Source: Octopus vulgaris
Taxonomy: Eukaryota
Assembly: GCA_951406725.2 (NCBI GenBank)
Contig: OX597823.1
Span: forward strand, 85,312,001-85,376,000
Direction of reading: 5' to 3'
Length of the DNA stretch: 64,000 nucleotides
Shown here one piece after another: positions 52,581-64,000 of the stretch. A program made the position numbers and the translations under genes. The stretch's first letter is position 1; the number at the start of each line of letters is the position of its first letter. Below the pieces are notes generated by a model. The model was given only the letters and a program-made list of their open reading frames with translations. It did no database searches and was not told the origin of the DNA.

Positions 52581-53952
52581 ACTATTTACCTATGATAATA
52601 CCGCAAATTACTTTATATATTTACATATATACTATAAGTGAGATTTTATTAATCAAAGATCTATAAATCTTGTTGAAATAATATTTTAACTGAATTCTAT
52701 CTAAGAGATTATACGATATACTTTGGTTTATTTAGAAAGGAGATTACAGCTTGGTTACTACTTCATATCTTTGAAACATTGGAGAGATCTCTTCTCTGTT
52801 AATCATTCAGATTATCACATAATCCTTTCCTGCAAAACTTAGTTTATTTTTATCTAGAAGTTAATATCCCTTACTTATTGAGGCTATGGTATAGTCTACT
52901 CAGATATAATTAAGTGATCAATTTAATTAATTGAAAAAGTAATTAATTAATTAATCAATTAGGAAACGGTGCAATATTTACATTGATTTAGCAATCGCTT
53001 CTATTCCACGCAATATGTTTGTTTTACTCTAATCTTTACTCACTGTATAATTGGAAAAGAATATTCTAACAGACGTGAACGGAGTTCAGATATATTTAAA
53101 AAGACCGACGATGATAATGAGTTAAATGGAAAGCAGGACAGAAACAAATGGATCCGAGACTAAAACAAATATTAGCTGATCCAAACAGAATCCATATTAC
53201 GTCGCTTGTTGAAAAACATGACACTGCACTATGACTAGCTTTTATGCCCCGTTTTGAAATAACATTATAATATCTAAAAGGTCAAACCAAGTCAAATATT
53301 AAAACTATTGTTTACTTCCGAACGCTGATACTATTTCAGGTTTCCAGTGTTACGTTTTTTTTATAAATATTATCTTAAAGAACTCGTACAATATCATTAT
53401 TAATCTCAATAAAGAATAAATAATCAAGAATTAATAGATTTTTTTTGTTTATGGAAATGAAAGGAAGTGCCTATTTTTTTTTTGCTTTCCTTCATTAATA
53501 TAATACTATGGAAATTATTCAGAGAGGACAACAGATTATTTAGTACATTCTAGAATAGTAAATTTTATAAATAGAACTTGACAAATGTCTCCAAGAAATG
53601 TGTAAATAAAACCGTTCTGTTATTCATCGAATTAATTTTTTTCTTTAACTTTAAGTTGCATACATATATATGTCTATGTGCGTATATAGATGTGTGTGTG
53701 CTTGTGTGTGTCTGTGTGTATATGTGTGTGTATATATATGTATATATATGCAGATGTATATACAAATATGTATATATATATATTTATGCATTTATATATG
53801 TGCGTGTGTGTCTGTATAAATGCATATGTATACGTATATTTATATATATATATATATAGTTGTACATATATATGTATTTATATATGGTTGTACGTTTATG
53901 TGTGCATGCATGTATGTATGTATGCATTTATGTATGTATGTTTGTATGTATG

Positions 53953-53988
<36 letters not shown>

Positions 53989-54613
53989 CATGCAAGTAGG
54001 TGTGCTTCCGTGTGTATTTAACTGCCCTTTCTAATAGCAATGAGCTGAAATATTTAATTAGAGTATTAGATGGTATTAGAATCAATCAAGGGAATTGAAG
54101 AAGTTTCTTCAAAACTATTATCTTCTGCAATATGTTGGTGGCTTCTCTGTACACTAGACGGTAAGTTTCCAGGGTACATAAGAAATTATGTACGCTAGAG
54201 TGTCCATAATTGAAAGGAAAATAAACTCAAACGAAACGTAACTGTTCATTGTCAATATATTTTTATTGTAAGCTCTGCCAAGAACCTTATTACCTCTCAT
54301 ACTCACGAGAAAGACTGTATCGTGTCATGAGTAAGACTCTATAAATGTCACTGTTCTTGTGAGAAAAAGGAGCGAAATATTTTTTAACTGCATACGCAAG
54401 TAACTATCAAAAAGCGACGGACATATTGGTTAGTGTAGATTCTTATCTAAAAAAGTGATGACAGATATGAAAGGAAGTTTTGGTAATAAAACTGGTCTAT
54501 CAAAACTGCTTGGCAGAAAGTAACATTAACAGCGGCTTTCTGGAAGAATTTTGTCTTAAGCAAGTTAACATCCTTGCCATCTTTCTCTCCCTCCTCTTTC
54601 GCTCTCTACTCAC

Positions 54614-54696
<83 letters not shown>

Positions 54697-54712
54697 CCTA
54701 TCTATCTATCTT

Positions 54713-54756
<44 letters not shown>

Positions 54757-54757
54757 C

Positions 54758-54852
<95 letters not shown>
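54614..54852. repeat. (TATC)n microsatellite
   Basis: Direct reading. Confidence 0.95.
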
Positions 54853-54853
<1 letters not shown>

Positions 54854-55021
54854 GTCGCAGATTTTTGCTTTATCAACAGCTTCCTGTAATATTTACATGA
54901 GATTAATTTATAATTTCCTACGTAGAGATTTCCTCTTCAAATCCCTCTCGTTTGCTCCCTGAAGAAATTCTTTGCTCTTTTCTAAGCAGCAGTCTCCCTT
55001 ATTACATACAAATCGAGTAAA

Positions 55022-55315
55022 CCGTAGCTAACTGGTTAGGGAGTTGCGTTCGTGATCGCTAGATCGTATGTTCCATTCACATAGCAAGCGACGTGATGTA
55101 TTCTTACCCAAAGCATTTCATTTCAGGGTACTTCAGTCAAGGCAGATGTGTAAATGGGCAAATTTGCGACGGACAATCCTTCCGATCAGGGGAAACGTTG
55201 ACCTGCTTGCCTAGACAACGTGATTGCATCCTTCGAAATCTGAAACAACACAAAGCATATTGTGACCAGTGAGGTATATCAAGCTCTGATAATCTGATCG
55301 ATCACGTGGTCACAC
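55022..55315 (+). mobile_element. S2-related SINE, tail iv, diverged
   Basis: gtagctaactggttaggg head and a tail shared with 18256-18405. Confidence 0.6.
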
Positions 55316-57097
55316 ACACATATATGTATACGAGAATTGTGTGAGCAAATCCTTTTATTACATCAATATACAATTGTTTCAACGGATTTTTCATCTCATG
55401 AATATTACTATATTATACAATAATATTGGCGACTATTTATTCAAGGTGTTATTGACATATGCATAATTCCGAAGAATCCAGTTTCGATACGTTTCAATGA
55501 CACCTCAAAAATAGCTATATGTATTGTTATGTAATGGAGCAATATTCAAGAGATGGAACTTTGATGAAACGATCGTAAATTGATTTCATAAAAGGTCTTG
55601 TTCTCTCCATCCCCTTTGTTAATAATTGTAAAATCTCTGTTGATATTTGTGGATATTCAGACATGTGTTTGATAAAATTATCTCCAGATTACTCTCTGTC
55701 TAATCGCCTGGATACTTGGATGCGCTTAATAGGATAAATTACATGGTAAATATACCAATAAAAATTTCTATGTGAATGTTTCTGTGTGCATCGATGTGTA
55801 TACACACACACATGGGGTACATGTATATCTATCTATCTTTCTATCATTGTATTTATAAGTGTGTGTGTGTGTCTGTGTGTGTCTGTGTGCGTGTGTGTGT
55901 ATAAATACGGACATACATACATATAGACCAACAGATCGCGCAACAGGAATGGCGTATGTTACATGACATGTGTACATACATAAATACCGTTAGAGTGAAG
56001 AAAAACATGTCGTGCGACATTTAGTGATATACTTGTACGTTCAATTCAGATTGCCCTCCTGCTTTAATTTTATAAGATCATTTTAATTATTTCTACACCA
56101 TTCTGTAATTTTACTTAGAATGAATGTTGTATTGGGTTCAGATGAAGATATATTCAACGCTGGTTGGCATTGCTGAACAGCTTATTTTAGTCATGTCATA
56201 GGCAAAATAATTTACTTTCAGTCAAACCGAGGAGCAACACTGAAGGAAGACTATGTATTAATGATGAAGACTTAACTATTTCACAATACATAATTTTATT
56301 GAAACGTGTTAAAGTCAAAACTATTATACTGAAGTTATTATAACTAATTATGTGGTTTTATAAAGTTGAAACACAAAGTATTATAAGGTGAACGTTGGAA
56401 AGGTCAGAGAAACGTATGGGATTAAGGTGTATATTAAACATTTAAACTAAGTTTATTTTTGGAGACAAGATTGGAAAAGATAATTTAGAAAACAAAGGAG
56501 GGGGAATATAAAAAACATTATTTTATGATTTCTTATAAAATCTATTAAAATAAAGTTTAAATGTATTGAAAGTCATTATTGAAATACTTTATTAAAACAT
56601 AAGTAGAGCCGATATATTTTGGAAGTGGAGGTAAATTAATTAGTAGATGGCTAAAGTGGTTTCAAGTTTGTTATAGAAGGTAATGTTGGAGTCAGAAATT
56701 TATTTTTTAAAACAACAACTAAGTGGATTGATTCAAGGTCAAGCATATATATATTTTTTTATGTTTTATAGACTCAATAAAAAATGAAATTATCTGAGGA
56801 AATGTTGCTATTAAAAAATGTAGTCTTAGAATCGATATTTATTGGAAATAAAAGCTAAATAAGTATTGTTCGGCAAAGTTAGTTTACAACATAAAATAGA
56901 TGATAGCTGGAATGGAATATGAGTTTCCATGCGTAAAAGAATAAAGCAAAAGGGCAGATTTGACCCATTAAAATATGGGAAATTTAGTAGTTAATGACTT
57001 AAGGCAATTTCGTTCTAGACTTGTTGTATATACTTCAACATTATTCATACGAATTGTATTTGAGTGATCCATGTCTTACTTAAAAATTGTCGACATA

Positions 57098-57504
57098 CGT
57101 AGGAGTGGCTCAGTGGTAAGTAACTTGCTTACGAACTAAATGGTTCCGAGTTCAGTCCCACTGCGTGGCACCTTAGGCAAGTGTCTTCTAATATAGCCTC
57201 CGGTCAACCAAAGCCTTCTGAGTGGATTTGGTAGACGGAAACTGAAAGATGCCGTCGTATATATGTATACATATATGTTTGTATGTGTGTGTATATGTTT
57301 GTGTGTCTGTGTTTTTACCCAGCCAACATCGCTTGACAATCAATGATGCTGCTGCGTTTACTTAGCGGTTCGGCAAAAGAGACCGATAGAATAAGTACTA
57401 GGCTTACACAAGGAATTACTCCTGGGGTCGATGTCGCCGACTAATGGCGGTGCTCCAGCATGGCCACAGTCAAATGACTGAAACAAGTAAAAGAGTAAAA
57501 GAGT
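57098..57504 (+). mobile_element. SINE family S3, full length
   Basis: Collinear with 44729-45160. Tail ggcggtgctccagcatggccacagtcaaatgactgaaac then (taaaagag)2. Confidence 0.9.
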
Positions 57505-58024
57505 AACACAACTCCTTGTACCTGTTGGTGTTGTTGCTGATGTCGTTTAATTCCAGCTCATCCCTCGTGGAACTGCGTTATGGTAAAATATTACTAGCAG
57601 TAACGGCTTTGTCTTTTCAGACTAGAACTAAATTCCTTAATAACTCCTTCATTTGTTAAAGAGACTGGGTATGATTTAAGGAAGGTTTGGCATTTAGTTT
57701 CCGACAAACCTAGGAACGACATAGAACAGGGGAGCCGAAATACTTTTGCCTTGCCAACCAGAGTGGAAACATAAATTGGTTCTCGTGGATGGATAGGGAC
57801 TTAATTCCAAAATGCTCTGTAAATAACATAGGCGTAAATTAATGTTTATAGATGCTGATATATGGATATAGGATGCCAATATATTGACAATAAAGAAAGA
57901 AATAATATGAAGTTTTAATAAATTTTGTGTGTAGAGGTGTGTGGGATACAGGATTCATGACGTGATCAAAAACACTCAGTCATGACCGTCTCGTCTTCAT
58001 AGAGATATTTGGGACTATGTTATT

Positions 58025-58225
58025 ACAAACCGCCATTATCGATACCGCGTTGGACAAAATACTTAATGGCATTGTTCCGGTTTTAAGTTCTGAGTTCAAA
58101 TGCTGGTGAGGTCGACTCTGCCTTTCAATCGTACCAGTCAGTCGGTTGATAAGATACGTTCTAGTCAGCATCGACTTCCTCCCCACGTCAAAATCACTGA
58201 CACTGTGCCGGAATAAGAATTATTC
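58025..58225 (+). mobile_element. Degraded S1 SINE
   Basis: gttctgagttcaaat...gaggtcgactctgcctttca. Confidence 0.7.
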
Positions 58226-58981
58226 AATGGATGTTATTGTTTATTTAAACATCATTAGATATGGTTTATGTGAGATCTAACTGCTATTTCTAGTAGGTTT
58301 AATGATCCAGTAGATGGCCTTTTACTGAAATAGTATTCTTTAAGTTTATTCTTAAATAAATAAAATAAATAGAACGAGGAGGTAACAAAATCTACACATT
58401 GTTTAGATAATAAATTACCATTAGACGCCATCCGCATGAAAAAAATTAATAGTTAAGTAAATGTTTATATATTTAATGCAGGGAAAATGATCAAAAACAT
58501 AAACTAGAAGAAAAATACACATGTTTACATATTTACGCATTGTTTCAGTAAACCTGGTCCTTTTTTTAGATGTTCACATACGGGAGAAATACTCAACCGG
58601 ATACTGAGAAGGGAAATATAGAAGGAAACAGCGGGGAGTGGTGAGTTAATAGACCTCTAGGCGACGTTGCATATAGATACCGCTAGATGTCTCTGCACGT
58701 CGTAAAGAAATAGCACAACAATGTTAAATCTGTTTATACCATGCAGTTGATTTATATTCACTTCATTAGGAATTATTCAACCTTTTTCTTTTCTGCAAAA
58801 AGAGAAAAACAAAACAAAACAAAACAAGAAAAGATCATTACTTTTATCAACAAAGATATGCTACATTTTCCGCATTTTGAAATTGCATGATTCATAGCGA
58901 GTGTATGTATAAATGTGTATATATATATATATATATACATTTATATATATATATGTATGTATGTATATATATATATATATG

Positions 58982-59018
<37 letters not shown>

Positions 59019-60684
59019 CATATACATATATATATATATATATATGTATGTATATATATGTATATATATATATATATGTATATGTATATATATGTATCTG
59101 TGTGTGTATGAATATGCATACACATGCATACGTGCGTGCATAGTTTATCTGTGTGTATTTATGTACATATAAATCTGTATAAATTTATATATATATATAT
59201 ATATATATTCATTTACACATATAATGCGTATACACACACATGCGCGCGCACATAATTAGATATACATAGGAGTTTGCATGTTTGCATATCCGTACGTGCG
59301 AATGTATTTATGCATGCGTGTATATATATATATGTATTTGTCATTTAAATACTGGTAAAAATAATTGTTTACAAATGACAAACATTTTAATTTAAAATCA
59401 GTTAAGATTCTCCTGAAAGAAATTAGAAAGATTCTTTCATGCAACACTATAGAGAAACGAAAGAAAAGAAATAAAAAGCAAGATAAAAGACAGCTACAAG
59501 ATATTTCATCTTCATAACAGTTTATTTGAATTTCATTATTGCTGTTGCTGAATATCTCTCTCCAGTCTCATATAAATTAATCAACTTGTGTTATATCAAA
59601 ATATCAATGTCGCTTTTAAGATTGAACACCGCTTCCATAATGATAACTATTTGATATATGACTAACAAAACTACTTTACGTTATTATTCTGCTTAAGAAA
59701 TATGATATAGCTATTGCAACAGTCTGATTCTATATGTTTGCATGAAGCAGATAGTGTAATGGGTGATAATGCAATCATATTTAATCGCTTCGTTTGAATT
59801 TCAGTATGTATTCTTGTCATTTGCATTCATGTAATTTTATAATGAAAAACAAGATATCTTCAATAAGAGAAATGAAAAGATTTTTCCAAATAGGCATTAA
59901 TAAATGGAGTAATTTCTATAAAGATGTTTACAATTATAGATGGAAGTGTTAATGTGAGAAAAAAGTTTTGCACGTTAATTATTATTAACTCCACAAATTT
60001 ATGAATATCGATAATTCATATCCTATATTTTTCAATGACAAAAACGGTATAATTTTGAATTAAAAATATAATTCCATTCACACGTAGACATTCAGTTACA
60101 GGTGCATGCACGCATACACGCGCATATGCATGTACATAGAAGAGCTAATATATGTGTGTAATTATGTGTGCGTACATAAATGTATATATATATATAACCA
60201 AATCCAAAAACGAAATATATACACACGCACATATATTTATATGCACTCACACACACACATATATATATACACATATATACATATCCAAACTAATCCACAT
60301 ATGTGTATATATATATATATATATAAATATATACACATAATTTTACAGCTTGCAACTGCTACATATACATACAGGCATGTATACACACACCCAAACACAC
60401 ACACAGATATTCATATGTATGTAACCTGTTATATAACGGAATGATGGACATAAGTTTCGTGAAATATCATAAAAAACACAGGTTGATAGTTGCTTTGATA
60501 TAAAATTAAGGGCCTTTGATCCACTTAAGTAGATTCGCAGCTAAGAGATAGAAAGTGATCCACACGCTCTTGCTTAACGCGTTAATAGTTCGATTTCTGA
60601 TAGAAATTCAACCGATCCCAACAGGATAGATACACGCACGCACGCAAACACACACACACACGCACACACAGCACACAAGACACA

Positions 60685-60722
<38 letters not shown>

Positions 60723-60725
<3 letters not shown>

Positions 60726-60920
60726 CGAGGGGTGCTGAATAATTCCTGGCTCTAAGGATATCGCGAACGGCTTGGTCGGCAGCTCGGCTTTCCGAGTTCT
60801 TTTAGAGGGTTGGGAAAAGCTGAAGGACCGCCGCGATAATTATGTAAATCTGAGAGGCCAATATGTCGCATAGAATCATAATTAACTGACGTTCCTCTAT
60901 TTTCTCTTACTCCAGACCAG
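60723..60920 (+). mobile_element. Internally deleted mariner derivative
   Basis: TIR-like cgagggggtgctgaataattcc followed closely by SEFF*RV-type / EKLKDRRDNYVNLRGQYVA*, resembling a mariner C-terminus. Confidence 0.6.
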
Positions 60921-60934
60921 GTTCGAATTTAAGT

Positions 60935-61272
60935 TATAACCCAATTTACTCGTCTTTGTCCATGGACGAGATATCGCAAAAACCGCTGAATAGATTCAGA
61001 CGAATCTTTCAGGGATATTTGGGCTCATGACTGGCACGATCTGATTAGATTTTGGAATCGATCTGGTAGCAGACAAGGATTTCGGATTATTTTTCCTGTT
61101 TTTTTTTAAATTCATTTTTTAAAGCGGTCGGGTTCAATTGTAGTATCCTCTTTTGTGAGAGCAGTCGAGTTTTTTTCAGATATTCTCATTTTAAAACTCA
61201 TTTCTGGCTAATCGTTGGGAGGACGTTGGTGTTGCCTTGGCGGAGGTTTGCGCTTCCTGACTGCTCTTGTTT
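60935..61272 (-). mobile_element. Helentron/HINE-like non-autonomous element
   Basis: Ends ccttggcggaggtttgcgcttcctgactgctcttgtt. Homologous to 9015-9372. Confidence 0.6.
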
Positions 61273-61444
61273 AGTTATGAATTATGTTCCTTCAAGTTTG
61301 GTCTCTGTTGTAAGTTCAGATCATTCGCTGCAGTTGGCAATGATGCTCATTTGCATTAACGACCAGTTATGAAACTGATATTTACACACACACATGTATG
61401 TATATATATATGTATGTATGTGTGTATGTATATATTTCAAATCC

Positions 61445-62960
61445 AGTGATGTCTCTCGGATATTCATAATGCAGACTGAGAACTGAGATGCAATCAATCA
61501 TGATCTTTCACAAGTTGATTGGGCCTTCACGCACGCACCCCACTCCAACATAAATTCATCATGGCAGACATTTGTAGATACTGTGACAAATATATGCGCA
61601 ACACATACTCCATTAAGATCAGTATACAAATTTAAGTGCAGAATCCTTAGAAATAGAAGGGCAATTATAAGAAAAATAAAAAAAATTAACAAGAAAATCA
61701 ACCAACTTAAATGCTGCCAGCAGCAACGCAGCCATTCGAACATCATTAACAGTTAAAGAGCAGCTGAGATGAGTTGGGCCATTGAGAAAAGAAAACTGAA
61801 ACTCAAAATATTCTTTTCAATTGCAATAATATATAAAGATGCTATTCGCACTATTGGCCATCTGGTTGACGAGAACTACCCTCTACATGATGATGCAAAA
61901 TCCATGTGCGAGATACTGCAGAGACAATGCCGCTTGTCTTCAGTAACCCTAATGAGATTGATCTGGCTAGTATCAGGGATGTAAACCCTCAACTAACTAT
62001 ATTTGACAGAACTTTTGGCACCCTTGATAACCTAAGAGAAATATATAAGATCAAGTACAACTTTGTAGTAGGTTCCGATAAGTTCCCGGCCACTGTCCTG
62101 AAGATGTATCGACATCAAATTGCATCCCCTCTAGCTGAGCTCTGGAGAAACTCACTTGATGCAGGCTACATTCCTGATCATTTTCTTTCCCAGTCTGTCA
62201 TTCCAGTCTTCAAAAAGGGAAACAAATTTCTTTTAAGCTGGAATTCCCACGTCAACAGCAAGGTTGACTTGGCCCGCAAGATCTACTCCTGGATTCTGAG
62301 AACTTTCCGGTCTAGAGATGCCTACACCATCATCCTTCGCTACTCAAATTTTGCCTGACCCCACCTTGAGTACTGTTGTCCACTGTGTCCTCCCCATACG
62401 AAACACCTCATTATGAAAGTAAAAGCAATCCAGAGGTTCATACCAGGAAAGATAGACGGCATGAGGGGCATTGATTATTGGGATCGACTAAAAAAACTCA
62501 ATCTCTTCTCTCTCCAACGCTGCCGGGTGCTGCTACATCATTTGTGTCATGTGGAAAATATTCCATCAATAATGCACAAATGATGTTGGCGTCAATTTTA
62601 AAATCTATCCAAGACTTGGACCCGTGCATCCACCCACTACAAAAATCGAATTCAGGACAGATAGCAACATTACGTCACAATTACTTTACCTCAACCGGTT
62701 CAGCTCTCTTTAATACCATACCAAAATACGTAAAAGCGGAAACGGATCCCATAAAATTCAAATGTTTACTGGACAAATTTCTTCAAAAAGTCCCGGACCA
62801 ACTTCTTACACCCGGATATGTCTCCAACAATAATAACTCTTTGCCTGAGTCAGCTATGGTGCCCAATATATTACTATAAGACTTCACCAGGTGATGCTAC
62901 TGAGTTAGATTTGGGCTGGCCCTTTACTGGCCGAAACCTTTCAAAGTTATCAAAGTTATA
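61445..62960 (+). mobile_element. CR1-group LINE with the RT core deleted
   Basis: GSDKFPATVLK...IASPLAELW...VIPVFKKG joins directly to LSWNSHV...WILRTFRSR, then *PHLEYCCPL and FKCLLDKFL. 3' hairpin plus (tcaaagtta)2 tail. Confidence 0.88.
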
Positions 62961-63328
62961 TATATATATATATAACTTTTAAATTTGTTTACGGTTAGGG
63001 TTTTGAATATGCAAATACATCTCTAATTCTGTTATACCGGCCACAATCTAATGATGCTGTTTGGTTAACCAGTTTGTTGTGGTTGCATCGAACTGTACCG
63101 TGATAATGTGGGATAGATATAATAATAACAGCAACAATCCTTGTATGGAATTACTAAACGTTTAATGCATCGATACACGCGTTTCCACAAATCATATATC
63201 TCTTAAGATCACAGTCCACATTTCTGGGATGAAAGTAATATAGTCCTTACTATTTGTGGACATCGGGTTGATCTTCATAGATTCAATTTTTCAGGTGATA
63301 TAACATTAAGCTACTGATTTTCTGTTGT

Positions 63329-63700
63329 GGAGGCGCAATGGAACAGTAGTTCGGGCAGTAGACTCGCAGTCATAGGATCGCAGTTTCGATTTCTAGACCG
63401 GGTTTTGTGAGTGTTTATTGAGCGAAAACACCTAAAGCCCCACTAGGCTCCGGCATAGGGTGGTGGCGAACCCTGCTGTACTCTTTCACCGCATCTTTCT
63501 CTCACTCTTTCTTCCTGTTTCAGTTGTACCTGTATTTCAAAGGGTCAGCCTTGATACACTCTTTGTAGAGCTAAATCTCACCCGGAACTACGTTAAGGGT
63601 ACACGTGTATGTGAAGAGCTCAGCCATTTGCATGTTAATTTCACAAGCAGGCTGTTACGTTGATCGGATCAACTGGAGTTCTCATCGACGGAGTGCTACG
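63329..63700 (+). mobile_element. S2 SINE, tail ii
   Basis: Collinear with 9854-10245. Confidence 0.9.
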
Positions 63701-63761
63701 ATTTCCTGGTATTGTTTCAGTGATGTAGACACTGCTGATGAGAAGCCAATAATTTCTGCTT

Positions 63762-64000
63762 GGCAAATTAACATGCAAGTGGCTGAGCACTCCTCACGCG
63801 TACCCTCAACGTAGTTCTCAGTGGCTGAGTACTCCAGAGACACGCGTACCCTTAACTTAGTTCTCATGGAGATTCAGTGTGACGCAGAATGTGAGAAGTC
63901 TGAGAATTTGAATTAAAGGTGCGAATCATTTTTGCCACTGTCAAATAAAGTGTCTTACTCAAGGACACAATTTGGACACCAGGAATCGAACTCACAACCT
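63762..64000 (-). mobile_element. S2-related SINE running off the window end, with an internal ~44 bp duplication
   Basis: gtggctgag...cacgcgtaccc..aac.tagttctca occurs twice. B box ggaatcgaac at the window end. Confidence 0.8.

Noticed and set aside
56100-57080. Purine-skewed AT-rich block suggestive of an ancient LINE
   Set aside because: No RT or endonuclease motif could be read with confidence.
63728-63775. CTGATGA with a possible aagc/gctt stem
   Set aside because: No GAAA box or stem I follows.

Overview
AT-rich, repeat-dominated metazoan DNA with no host-gene exon I can support, so it is probably intergenic or deep intronic. The microsatellite load and tRNA-derived SINE families suggest a coleoid cephalopod, probably Octopus (inference from recalled repeat content, not a search). 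DNA transposons: a decayed Chapaev3-type element, a DD36E Tc1-type element, three mariner remnants, Helitron and Helentron-like non-autonomous elements, and palindromic MITE-like elements. Retroelements: a young Neptune-type Penelope-like element (RT + GIY-YIG) with a 5' inversion, two CR1-group LINE fragments, R4/Dong-type fragments in (TAA)n, and three abundant SINE families (working names S1, S2, S3). Three signals stand out. (1) A dispersed set of minimal hammerhead-ribozyme (HHR) motifs sits in Penelope-type remnants. (2) One element joins a tRNA/Pol III head to an HHR-like motif and an inverted terminal copy, suggesting a SINE mobilised by Penelope machinery. (3) The S3 SINE and a CR1-group LINE in this window share a 3' end whose hairpin shows compensatory changes. 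Most ORFs in the supplied track are microsatellite artefacts. Repeat boundaries are approximate and were read by eye.
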